Below are positions 1 through 13,066 of a stretch of DNA of 64,000 bases, one piece after another. The notes beneath the pieces are model-generated. The model saw only the letters and a program-made list of their open reading frames with translations. It was not told where the DNA came from and did not search any database. The stretch lies in assembly GCF_009914755.1 (NCBI RefSeq), contig NC_060925.1, one strand, 5' to 3'. Numbering within the stretch: position 1 is the stretch's first letter; every line of letters starts with the position of its first letter. Origin of the DNA: the human T2T-CHM13v2.0 reference genome, Homo sapiens. Made by a program: the position numbers and the translations under genes.

Positions 1-100
1 CACTTGAACCCAGGAGGCAGAGGTTGCAGTGAGCCGAGATGACGCCACTGCAGTCCAATCTGGGTAACAGAGCGAGACTCCATCTCAAAAAAATAAATAA
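1..100 (+). mobile_element. Alu 3' end, cut by the window start
   Basis: cttgaacccaggaggcagaggttgcagtgagccgagat...gagactccatctc followed by an A-rich tail. Confidence 0.95.
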
Positions 101-114
101 AGCAAAAGCATTCA

Positions 115-660
115 TGCAGCCCATTTACCTGTCATTTCAGAGTGGCCCATTCATAAAGAGCCTAGAGCCTGAAAATATCTGAACATAGCATCTCATACAA
201 ATTCCTCACTGAAGATGAGATGCTTAATAATCAGAGCATCAGGAGAACTATTTTGTTGTTGATCCCAACTCTTTTTCTGGCCAGCACATTCACTGCTAAA
301 TGAACTAATAAATTAAAGGCCGTGATGGAGGATATACATGGACTTACTAGCATGGACTTCCACTCACCAAATCTGACTTGGTTACTTAATGCTAAACTCC
401 TGACATGGAGAAAGAGAAAATGGCATTATTCTCTATCATGAATAGGGTAGCAGTTCGTCCTCAAGAATAGACATATTACGGGTTTAGATTTGTTTCCCTG
501 CTCATCAAATATCTGTCAGCACCACCTTTGGTGGTTATACTAAATTTCTTATGCATCATTGTGGCATCCTACATAATAGTGCCTCTGACAGAGGAACACA
601 TTTCACAATGAAAGAGAGGAATAATCTGATGCCCATGGAGGGAAATGGCCAAATTATTTT
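115..660 (+). mobile_element. ERVL internal (pol/integrase) remnant; further fragments at about 1520-1660 and 1900-2400
   Basis: Degenerate GRDGGY..HGLPLTKSDL (318-380) and GILHNSASDRGTHFT (564-607), resembling the ERVL integrase core. Confidence 0.75.
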
Positions 661-698
661 CTAATTATTATGGACTTATAAAAGGCTTTTGCAATGAG

Positions 699-699
<1 letters not shown>

Positions 700-740
<41 letters not shown>

Positions 741-748
741 CTGTGTGT
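700..748. repeat. (GT)n microsatellite
   Basis: Directly visible. Confidence 0.95.
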
Positions 749-2576
749 ATTTGTGGCTGCTGTAGAAATTTTTAAAGTTTTTTAATTTGTATATAAAATA
801 CGATAAATAAGTTTTAAAATTTGATCACTATATTATTAAATATGCAAAGATTCATTTTCACACTATCTTTAATAATTTATAATATAAAAAGACATTTTTA
901 CATTTAACAAGTGACATGCTACTTAATTTGCTTTAAGTTACATGTGTGTATCTGACTATATTATAAATAAATTCTTAAAATTGATATTATGCTTGATTTA
1001 GAACCCAAATGTAGGTCTTTGTAACACATTGTTAGATACAATCACGACAAATTTTCTATCTTAATACAGAGAACGCTTAATGTGCCACATAAGAGTTTTG
1101 ATTAGCTGAATGCCACTTAAAGATTTGGTAAGATCATCTTGAGATGAATTTGCTGAATTATTGTCATTAACTTATACTTCAACATCAAGCTTCATTATGT
1201 TTCTTGTATTTATCAACAGTTCATTATGAGTATAAATTAAATAGCATGCAACTATGAATAAAATAATTTAAAACTGTTTAATGGTCAAAACTATTAAACA
1301 AGAGTTTCTGAGTACATTCATCTGATTGCCATCAGCCACAGATAATGTTCATTCTATATCTGCTCAAGAATGACAAACTGTCCCATTTCCAAAAGGCAAA
1401 CTAGAAAATGTTAGTTTATTAGATACTTAGCCAAATTTCGTTACTATCTTTATCCACACAAACTTCCTTGAATACATCTATGAACCCTGGGAATTTGTGA
1501 GCCACCAGATAGGGAAGGCTGGTATACTCTACCACAAAAGTGGCATCTCATGATGCCAGCTCTGAGACACAGGCTAGGCTGCTGCCTTACAGCATGCCAT
1601 TAAACTCTGACCAGTCTCACAGCCAACAACCAAGGCATGGAGGTGGGAGTGACACTTTTACCTGTTTATGCTTACCTTGACTAATTCTAAAAAGGGTTTG
1701 AGGCAGCTTGAAAAAAATTCGGGGAACATTAGTTCACAAATAAGCAAATAAGGCAATAAGGATAAAGGAAAAATAAGGGTAAATAATTAAGTGTTATAGA
1801 AATTGTAACACCTAAGGGAAGAAAACTTACACTGGAAAACACAACAAAGATTTTCCATATTTGGTACAGAGACAACCACAGGGCCACTAGAAGGAAGTTG
1901 CAGAATCTTGGCTTGTGTGATTGACTAACTCTCCACAGGAAATAGGGTTGCTATTCTGAAAAGGGAACTAAACATCTAGGGAGTCTTGGAGATCAAAGAA
2001 GAGGCTCTGACCATGTTCCCCTTTCTTTTTGCAAACACTCCTGTTTAAATTGGTGAGCCAAGCTTGGATATATTAAACTCCTACCACCAAAAACATATTA
2101 GAGCATATTAGGATCAAGTCATATATGCCTTAATGCTGCCACAACACCAAGCTGCCAGGAAAATTCTTTGTTCTATTATGCACAAATTTAAATATTAAGA
2201 GAAGACAATCCAAATTCTTAACAGGTAGTAACACTAGTTGCTCAGACCCTCAGGATTGAGGATCAACCCACCAAGAGAGAAAAATCACAATCCAATGATG
2301 TCATAAGACAAAGAGAACATAGAATTACCGAAGTTAGAAAAAAGTCAAAATTCAAGAAAGTCTTGTGACCAATAAAATAAATGAAGATTGTGGTTTCCTT
2401 TTATTTTTCCTTGCTTACTATTTGGATATAATTATCATCCCCTTTTCTTTATCTATCTAAAGAGGGATTATATTTTTTCTTCTTTTTCCTCCTCTTTCCA
2501 CTGATCATTGCATATACAATGTGATTTTTGGGGGGATAACTTTATCCATAGGTGGCAGAATATTTTAGATGAATCA

Positions 2577-2990
2577 CAAAAAACTAGAGAAATGATCATT
2601 CAAAGAGGTAGAATCGGGGAAACAGTGGCAGAGGACGTTGCCCTGAGATGCAGTAAATATGTATAACTTTGGGTTGTCGCCAAAAATGGGGCCCAGTGGT
2701 GACACCTCTCCTATCAACTGTGTTGCCTGATCACACCTGATGATATAGGGGCAGACATAGCACCCATGATGAAACAATCAAATTCTCTCTCCTATGAATC
2801 TGGAATTTTTACTGGAGAGCACAGAGACTGGCACAGAGACTGGCAGTTGAAGGCTCTGAGTCATATTCATGGCAAAGACCTAGTGAGCAGATCCACAGAC
2901 TCAGTTACTAAGGATGCAAGAATCATCATGTCACCACCTTTCCTCACAGCAGTTCTTTAAGTTCTCTGAAATACTCCAATATCTTTTCAC
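2577..2990 (+). mobile_element. Old ERVL-class LTR-like element, copy 1
   Basis: Follows the ERVL internal remnants and is alignable to 7506-7920. Family not determined. Confidence 0.55.
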
Positions 2991-3099
2991 TTAATTCCTT
3001 TGTTGTTAAGGTCGTTTGTGTTTTAGATGGTCTTAAGTTAGTAAGACTGACAGATTTTATTATAATACAAATATAATAACCAGTACAAAGGTAATAAAA

Positions 3100-4200
3100 T
3101 TCTAATCAAATTTTCAACATAATTTTTTATGAAATATAAAAAGTGCATTCCAAAACTCACCTGGAAGACCAAGCTCACAAGAATAACCAACAAAACATGA
3201 AAGAGGGAAAATACTGATTGGAGAATTGCCTTGCCAAACATCAAAATGTACTATAAAACCATAGTAATTTAAATATGTGCTATTTATATGATAATACGCC
3301 AAAGACAAAAGGAAGAGCAGTTTCAGAAGCAAATTCATTTATATGTGAATTTAAAATATTTTAGAGGTAAAATTTTAAATAAGTAAAAGAAATTCAATAT
3401 GCAATTTTCTACCCGTATAAGAGAAAAAAAGTTGATCATCTTTCACAATATACATAAAATTGAGTTGAAAATTATTTAAGCTTTAAAAGAGATTTTGTAA
3501 ATGGTAAAAATATTAAAATTTTAAAGACTATATTTATAATCTTTGAGTGAGTAAGGTTTGCTTACATAAAAAAATACATAAAAATTCTACTCTCTAAGAA
3601 ATTGAAATTTCTACACAGCAAAAAAATAAAAAATTATAAAATTTTTAAAATGCCATAGGGTTAAAAATTAATTGACAAACTTGGAAAAATATCTGGCACA
3701 CATCAAATAAAATAGACAAAAATTAATTAGTTTAATATATATAGAATTCCTAGAAATCACTGAAAAATAGATTAATAATATGGTAGGAAAATGAGCAAAG
3801 CATTTGAAAAGACTACTCATATCGAGGAAAGATACTCAGCCTTGGAAATTAGGGAGGTGCAAAATGATGTACTTTTTTATGCATCATATTGGCAAACCCT
3901 TTAAAGTTCGAAAATATCAGGTGGGAAATACTGGAAATGGGAGAAAAAGCACTTATATGCCCATTTGGTGGGAATGTCAATTTTTTACAGCCTTTATTAA
4001 ACAATTAAGCAACATCTAGTAGAATGTTAAGTCATATAGCCTTTAATCTAGCAATTTCACTTCTGGGTACTTGTTATGAAAAATATGCATACATATATAC
4101 AAAGAGATATGATTAACAATATTCTTGACTATAATAGCAAAAAAAAACGGTAGACATAACACAGATGTTGGATAAAATTAAAGGCATCTCAAATACCAAG
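3100..4200 (+). mobile_element. Old L1M ORF2 / 3' fragment
   Basis: ttgccttgccaaacatcaaaatgtactataaaaccatagtaatt and tttaatctagcaatttcacttctggg are L1-like. Confidence 0.75.
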
Positions 4201-4654
4201 GATGACAAGCTAAAAAAGCTGGAATGGAAAGTGAGGGTTGTAAAGGGCTGCTCAGAATCCCACAGTGTCCATTCCAGCTAGCGAACTCTGCAAGGTCTCT
4301 GTTGATAGCAAAATCCAGGCCTGTGAGAGAAGCTGGTAGAAGAAATATACAGGAAAATGGTAGGCCCAAAGAGCACTTGTGAGCACAGGCTGGCTGGAGC
4401 CTGATAGCACAATGTTAATTATGGGAGCAGTAACCTGGGCATGATAGAGTTTGTAGGAGAAAACAAACCTTAAAAGGAAATAAATAACCTTAAAGTTCAG
4501 ATGGAAGGTCCATTAGCCAGCAAAATTGCTATGACCATGAAAACAAAATGGTTACTTCAGGCAGCAGATCAAGAATAGAGAGGAGAAAATTGAAAGAATT
4601 GCCAAGAAGCCATTAGAATAATGAAAAGGAAGCTAGATAATGAATTTGACCTCT

Positions 4655-5030
4655 GCATTAGTTTGCTGGGGATGCACTCAGTACTACAGATTGGGTGGCT
4701 TCACATCAGAAGTGTATTTCCTTTCAGTTCTGGAGGCTGGATGTCTGAGATCAAGGTGTGGACAGGATTTTCTTCTAAGGCCTCTCTCCTTGGCTTGTCA
4801 GTGGCCATCTTTTCCCTGTGTCTTCACCTAATTTTTTCTCTATATGTGTCTGTGTCCTAATCTCTTCTAATGAGAATACCAGTCATATTGGATTAGAGCC
4901 CAATCACATGACCTCATTTTACCTCCATTGCCTCTTTAAAGGCTCTATCTCCAAATAGTCACATTCTGAAGTACTGGGACTTAGAACTTCAGCATATGAA
5001 ATTGCTGGGGATACAATTCAACCTGTAACA
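4655..5030 (-). mobile_element. MLT1-family MaLR LTR
   Basis: tgcattagtttgctgg...cagttctggaggctgg..gtctgagatcaagg...atacaattcaacctgtaaca. Confidence 0.85.
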
Positions 5031-5039
5031 GCCTCCTCA

Positions 5040-5580
5040 TAGTTAGAGGTCATCTGCCTGGAATGCATCCCATGCTCCTTCCCCACTACACTTTTCCATG
5101 CTAAAGCTACAAAATCCTACAGGACTCAACTTAGATGCGATTTCCTCAGAGATATCTTTCCCATTCCACATAACGTCAACCGAAATTGAGCTCCTCTGTT
5201 TTACTTTCTCATATCACTTACAGTCTGCAAAAACCATTATTTATTCTTTATATTAGTTGTCACAGTTTACAACACTATAGCCATGCAACTAGGGTGTCAG
5301 TTGTTGTTGTTGTTGAATCACTCACCATCTCAAAATGTAGCTCTGTGGACTTTCAGTTCACTACCACCCCAAAAGTAACAAAGTCCCTAATACATATGAA
5401 TAATAATAACAGTTAGCAATTATCGAGACTTTACTGTGCGTCACTTTGCTAAGCACTTTATGTTAATTCTTTATTCCTCTATCTCTATGATGTAGATAAT
5501 ATCGTTATCCTTATCTTATAGATGCAAAAATGGTAGGTTAATAAATATGCTCAAAACTACACAGCAAGCAAGTAGAATTT
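5040..5580. mobile_element. L2 and MIR fragments
   Basis: tctgcctggaatgc..ttcccc (L2-like); aataataacagttagcaattatcgagactttactgtg (MIR-like). Confidence 0.6.
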
Positions 5581-5841
5581 TGGATGCTCAATAGGTATCT
5601 GTTGAACTGTTAATACATGAATAAATAAGCCTAATTGCACATAAATATAGGGAAATACAATAAATTATGGCTTACTTACATTATGGAATATTATATAATT
5701 TTAGAAAATTTTAGAAATTTTAGAAATATAATTTTAGAAAATTATTATATAATTTTAGAAAAGAGAAAGATTTCTATGTAGTAACATGGGAAGAAATGAT
5801 ATATTATTAAATTAAAGGAGCAATCATATCTCCCCATTTGT

Positions 5842-5843
<2 letters not shown>

Positions 5844-5872
<29 letters not shown>
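5844..5872. repeat. (GT)n microsatellite
   Basis: Directly visible. Confidence 0.95.
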
Positions 5873-6016
5873 GTGTGCATGCACGTGCATACACATCTTT
5901 ATGAATGCTAAGAGAAAGGCTGAATAGATGTACCCCTAGGTTACATTGGAGAATGGTAAAATAAATTTAGGGGAAGGGAGACAAAAAATATATATAAGCT
6001 CAAATTACTTACATAT

Positions 6017-6319
6017 ATTTTTTTAGATGGAGTTTTGCTCTTGTTCCCCAGGCTGGAGTGCAATGGCACCATCTCACCTCTGCGGTGCAGAGGCACCGCA
6101 ACCTCTGCCTACTGGGTTCAAGTGATTCTCCTGCCTCAGCCTCGCGAGTAACTGGGATTACAGACATGCACCACTATGCCCGGCTAATTTTGTATTTTTA
6201 GTAGAGACGAGGTTTCTCCATGTTGGTCAGGCTGGTCTTGAACTCCCAACCTCAGGTGATCCACCCGCCTCGGCCTCCCAAAATCCTGGGGTTACAGGCG
6301 TGAGTCACCACATCTGACC
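6017..6319 (-). mobile_element. AluS with an internal templated insertion
   Basis: Full dimeric Alu with flanking TSD TTACTTACATAT. Confidence 0.95.
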
Positions 6320-7249
6320 TTACTTACATATTTTTAAATATTTTATAAAAAGACTCTCTGATACTTAAATTCTTTAAACTACAGAAAAGGAAGAAAAATA
6401 AGTGAATAATTAAGCTATTTTACTGAGTTTATAGTTAAATTTTTTAGAGATAGCCCCAGAACAGTTTTCAAGATGGTAGATTGTATAGTCTTCCTTTCCT
6501 ACCATCGCTTTGCAGTAAAACAAAAAGAGAGGGACTACTCAGATGTCTAATAAATTTTTTAATCTCTTTTTAAGCAGTTGAAAGTTGACAAAATTGAATA
6601 TTAAAAGCAAACCAGAAGCCACAATACACACAAAATAATACTGCTTCACAGGGTGGGGATAGCACCAATGTGTGCAATGATTGGAGGGAGCCGGAGGTGT
6701 TCCAGAACATGCAGGAGGTCATTAGTTGAAGTACCCACAGAAGCTAATAGATAGACATCCCCAGTCCCTTCTTGCAATAGCAGGAAGCAGCAAGTATGTG
6801 GGCTTCCAAGTTGAGAGACAAGGCAAACATCCCAGGTGTCCGACAACAATTTGGAAAGATGGCAAATCGCCACTCCTAGAATATTTAAAGAAGTATCAGC
6901 ACTTAATGGCAAATATTGCCTGCCCCTCACCCTCTTTCACAGAGTAACATTGTTACCTCTTCGCAGAATGACATATCAAAATAAGTATAGCAGGCAGACT
7001 GAGAGGGTACCTCAATTACAAAGGCGAACAAACAACCAAAAATCTCCAAATATTCACAAAAGCCAAGAACATAAAAGACAAACACAAAACTCAGTAAACA
7101 ATAGCACCTATATCAAATGAAACAAAGCAAAGAGTAAAAATAACAGAAATTTAACATAAGACTATAATACCCCCGAGAGGTACAAGATATTTTACCCATT
7201 TAAAAAAACAAGATAACAGAAATTTAAACCTTATTAATTGAAATAGAAT

Positions 7250-7347
7250 ACATATATATACATGCTGAATATACATATATAGACTGAATAACATATTTAG
7301 AATACATATATATATATATACACACACACACACATATATATATATGT
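7250..7347. repeat. (TA)n/(CA)n compound microsatellite
   Basis: Directly visible. Confidence 0.9.
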
Positions 7348-7505
7348 GCTGAATAATAACCTGGACACAAACACAAAATCAAATAGTGAGCTATACATCA
7401 AGCCTTAAACTTTTACTCTGAAAAAACAAAGCTGAAAAGTATGAGATAATGATAAGAAATAAGAGACAAGGTGCAGAAGTTGAACATCCACTCATACGAC
7501 CTACA

Positions 7506-7920
7506 ACAAACTAGAAAAATAATGAGCATAACCCAAACAGCCTAGATTCTGGGAAACAGTGGCAGAGGACAGAATCCTGAAATCCAGTAAAAGGATATGA
7601 CATTGGGTCATTTCCAACAAGTGGGCCCAGCAGTGATACCTATAGTATTAAACTCTGCCGCCTCATCACAGCTGATGATGTAGGGGCAGACACAGCACCC
7701 AAGCTGAGACAACAAAATTCTCTCTCCTAGGAATCTGGAATGTGGAGTGGAGAGCACAGAGGCTGAGATTTCTACATCATGTTAACAGCAAAGAGCCAGG
7801 GAGCAGATTCACAGATTCAGCTGCTAAGGAATAAAAGAACAGTCATATCACCATCCTTCTTCACATTAATCAATTTAAACAATACTTTCAATTCTCTGAG
7901 ATACTTCAGTATCCTTTTTA
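7506..7920 (+). mobile_element. Old ERVL-class LTR-like element, copy 2
   Basis: Shares blocks gggaaacagtggcagaggac, ggggcagaca.agcaccca, aaattctctctccta.gaatctggaat and tggagagcacagag with 2577-2990. Confidence 0.55.
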
Positions 7921-8009
7921 AGAAGTATATCTTGTATTTTATTATATATAATATACCTTATATTTTATTATATATATCTTAACATAATATAATAAATAAT
8001 AAATTCTGC

Positions 8010-8965
8010 CCATTTCTACAAATTATTTTTATCTTCTTTTCTCTTTCCTCTCCTTCAGAGACACCCATCAAATGTATGTTGGTATGTTTGATCTGTCTCA
8101 AAGGTCTCTGAAATCTGTTCATGCTTTTTAAATCTTTCTTCCCTCTTACTCAGTTAGATAATTTCTTTTTATCTATCTTAGAGTATATCAATTATTTTTC
8201 TGCCATCACAAATCTGGTGTGAAGACCCTGTAGTAATATTTTTTCTTTTGATTATTGTACTTTTAAACTCCAGAATATAGCTTTGGTTTTTTAAAAAATA
8301 ATTTATATCTCATTATTGAGATTCTCTATTCATTGAGTCATTCCCAGCACACTTTTCTTTAATTCTTTAAAGATGTTTTCCTTTAGTTCTTTGGGCCCAC
8401 TCCAGTCTCAGCTGCATACACACACAGCCTCCAGTCAAGCCAAGAAATATGAAGGCTTTATCAAATTCTTTATGGCAGTCTCACTTCCCAGTATTCCTGT
8501 TTAAATTCTGGCTAGTCTGCTAGTCTGTGAGTTGCTCCAAACAGGAGCATAGCTTCAGGCTAGTGAAGACATTAGCCCTCCCTGTTTGCTTGCCACTGAA
8601 ATCACTTGACAGTGTTTCTTTTTTTAAAAAAATTTTATTATTATTATACTTTAAGTTTTAGGGTACATGTGCACAATCAAATGAGTCCTTTTAGCTGTGG
8701 ATGCAAAGTTCCTGATTTCATGGCCTGCTCCATGGTATGCCAATAGACCTGGGAGTGGGGAGTGAGAGAACCCAAGGAAAGACTATCACAGGCTCACGCT
8801 GTTTTTACACAAAGTTCAGCTGCTTTTCAAGAATAAAAGCTTCAACATTTGTGGTATGCTTATGGTAAATTTCTAGAGTACTGAAACGGTTATTTTTGAC
8901 AATTTTGTCCAGCTTCATAGTTGTTTTTTAGGAAGAGAATCTTACCTTCCTAACTTCATCATGTT
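8010..8965 (-). mobile_element. Old L1M 5'/ORF1 fragment
   Basis: T-rich sequence including acacccatcaaatgtatgttgg...ggtctctgaaatctgttca, typical of antisense L1 ORF1. Confidence 0.65.
8620..8677 (-). mobile_element. Very short L1PA 3' terminus
   Basis: ttattattatactttaagttttagggtacatgtgcacaa is the reverse complement of the L1PA 3' end. Confidence 0.85.
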
Positions 8966-10077
8966 GGATACTGAACCATCTAAAATTCATTTTAAACTAA
9001 ATGTTATTATTGTGAAACATTTATTAAACAATAATCTGGCACTCAGAATCAAAATATTAATATAATGATAGTAGATAAATTTCCTAGAGAATAAAAACTG
9101 GCAAATTTGCTTGATTGATTAATTTGAGGCATTATTAAATAAATATGTTTATCATGTATGTTAATATACGAGGATAATCACTTGAGGAATAGAATAGTTA
9201 ACTTCTAAATTATTAGAAGATAAATACCAAATAAATAAAATTTTGTCAACCCAAACAAGATAGATGGGGGGAGAAGGAAATCATTTAGAATTGTAAATTG
9301 AAAACCCAGAAATAAGTCCAAACATGTCAATAATTATATTACATGTGCTTAGGTAAATCTAATCTATTAAAACTCAGAAATTCTCTATGTTAATACAATA
9401 AAACTACATGCTGTTTACAAGAGACATGTTGAAAACAGAATGACACAGTAAGGAAAACATAAGATAGGAAAGGAAATACCAGGCAAGTAATAAGACAAAA
9501 GAAAAATAGCATAACTATGTTGAGAGTAGACATAATAGAGTTCAAGGCCAAATGCATTTAAGAAAGAGGAAAAGGTATATTTATATTAATAACTGAAATA
9601 ATAATATAGAAACATACATATTTTATATAACAATATTTTATATTAGTATTTATTTAAAATCATAAACACCAGTCACAAAATTCTATGTAGCAGCAACACA
9701 GCTTTGAAAAGAAGTAAAAAAAGAACCACAATAAGAAATGACCAGATGCACAGTTATAGTACTATGAAACAGCTCTTACTGAAAACAAGAGCTCAAATAA
9801 TCTTTTCAAAAAAACAGAGAAAGGTATAGTTAAAAATATTTAAAAGTATTAATTATATACACACAGACACATACACATGCATATGCTTATGTGTAAACCA
9901 AGAATAGGTGGCTGTTCACAGGAAACAGGTGTATATCTGACCACTTATTAGCCACAAAGTAAATTTTAACAAATTCCAGAAAACTGGCATCATATGTGTC
10001 ATATTCACTAACTATAATACAATTGAATTGGAAATGTAAAACTAACAAATGACATTCTTCCTCTACCTCCCCAAAAC

Positions 10078-10360
10078 ACTCTTTAGTGATTTTCAAATGT
10101 ACAGTACATTGTTATCAACTATAATCACCATGTTGTACAATAGATCTCTTAAACTTATTCCTCTTGTATAACTGAAAATTTGTATCCTTTGAATTGAAAA
10201 TTGCTAAAAGAGTAGATTTCAAGTGTTCTTACCACAAAAATATGTGTTAATATGCATGTTAATTATCTTGATTTAGCCATTCCACAACCTATATGTATTT
10301 CAGGACATCATGTTGTATACCATAAATATATGCAATTTATATTTACCAATAAAAAACAAA
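10078..10360 (+). mobile_element. 5'-inverted L1MA 3' end
   Basis: 10078-10192 is antisense L1MA 3'UTR; 10194-10360 is the sense continuation ending in aataaaaaa. Confidence 0.75.
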
Positions 10361-10947
10361 TTTTTAATGTTAAAATGAGAATAATAATTTAAACTTAGAA
10401 TGAGTTAGAGTAACACATAGCAAGACTTTGGAAATGTGCAAAGAGTATACACAAAAACATTTATAGTTACAAATACATTCATTAAAAATTATCATAATTT
10501 TAAAAATAATCTGCATTTTAATTCAAAGAACTAAGGACATGTAAAATAAAGAAAATGGCATACAAGAAATAATGAAGGTAAATTCAAACATTATTAAAAT
10601 ATTAAGACTGTAAGATCTATCAGTAGACTCAAGTATTAAAAGCCAACACTATTTACTGAAAAAGATCAATAAAATAGATCATATGTTTGATCAGAGGAAG
10701 AGTAAAATGGTGTAAATAAATAATAATAGAAATTAGAAAAGAAACAGAACTATAGAGAGAATACTACATTTAAGTTTGTACAATAAAATGAAAACTAAAT
10801 AAATTGGACAATTTCTAGGAAAAAGGTGATTTCTTTAGAAAGAATAGGAATAAATTTTTAAAAGACCTATACCATAGAAGATATTGAAATGCTTACAAAG
10901 ATTCATTCCTCTTTAAAATGCGCTAGACCCAGATGGATTATTGATAA

Positions 10948-11259
<312 letters not shown>

Positions 11260-12621
11260 TAGCTTATTATTAAGAAATAGAGCATTCCCAACATACACCA
11301 ACTGTTTCAGAATATAGAAAAAGATAGAAAGCTAAACAACTATTTTACATTGCTAATATAACACTGTTACAAATTTCAGACAAGAAGAGTATAAGAAAAC
11401 TGTATATCAATCTTATTTAAGAATGTAAATATTAAAATTAAAATTACATAAAATTAACAAATTAACCAGTATATCTAATGGAAAATACATATACTTTTTA
11501 TAACCAGGCAGTATTTATTCCAGGAATGGAAGAATGATATGGGAGGGAAAAAACTATCAAAACTTACTTTGTTTCTTTAACTTAGGAAAAAATATATGTA
11601 TCAAATATATACATAAATAAAATTTAAATTCTATTTTTGATTTGCAAGTTATCAATAGACAAAAAATTCATTTGAGAAGCACATTTAAGAGTAAACCTGC
11701 AAGTATCATACTTAATGCTGAAATATTTTAAGTATTACAAATCAGAAATAGAAGAGACGCCTTCTGTCACATCCATTATTCAAATTTCCTAGAGGTCTTA
11801 GCCACAGGAACAAATACAATTTTTAAAAAGCATAAATATTGGGAAAGAAGATATAAAACCATAATTGTTTCTAAGCAATAGAATTATTTATCTAGAAAAT
11901 CCAAAACAATCAACTGACAATTAGAATAAGAGAGGAATCAAACACGATCAGCAAACAAAAAGTAATAGCATTCCTTTACAAAGGCAATAACCCATTAAAA
12001 TACTAGAGTAAACAATAAGATCTTTAGTAATAGCAAAAAGCAATAAAAATAATTCAATACTATGAAATCAAAAGTGCAGAGACTCATCAGATATCGAAAA
12101 ATATTATAAAGTATATCATCTAGATTAGCAAATTACTAGAGCTACAATAGACAAGTAAAGCAATGAAACACAATGGAGATCTAAGAGCAATTCAATATAA
12201 TTTAATGTATGATAAAGGTGACCTTCAAATTTGTAGGAAAAAAAAGCCGTATGTTCAATAAATAGTACTGACATAACCAGCTATCAATTTAGAGACAAAA
12301 TTATTGTCTAACCTCACATCATTCTGAAAAATAAGTTATAAAAATCTACATAAGCATAAAAACAGAAATTTAAAATTATAAGAAATACGTGAGAATATTT
12401 TATGACTTGGGTATAAAAGACCTTGAAATAACAGAAAGCAAAAACTAAAAAAGTAAACAATTGATATATTTGGCTACACCAAACTTTTAACATCTGTAAG
12501 ACTAAAGAAAGACTTCATTAAAACCTTGCAAGATAATGTACAAATGAGGAGAAAGTATTTGCAATATTCACAACTCACAATGAATTCATTAGTATCTAAA
12601 CTCTAAAAGATAAAAAAATAA

Positions 12622-13066
<445 letters not shown>

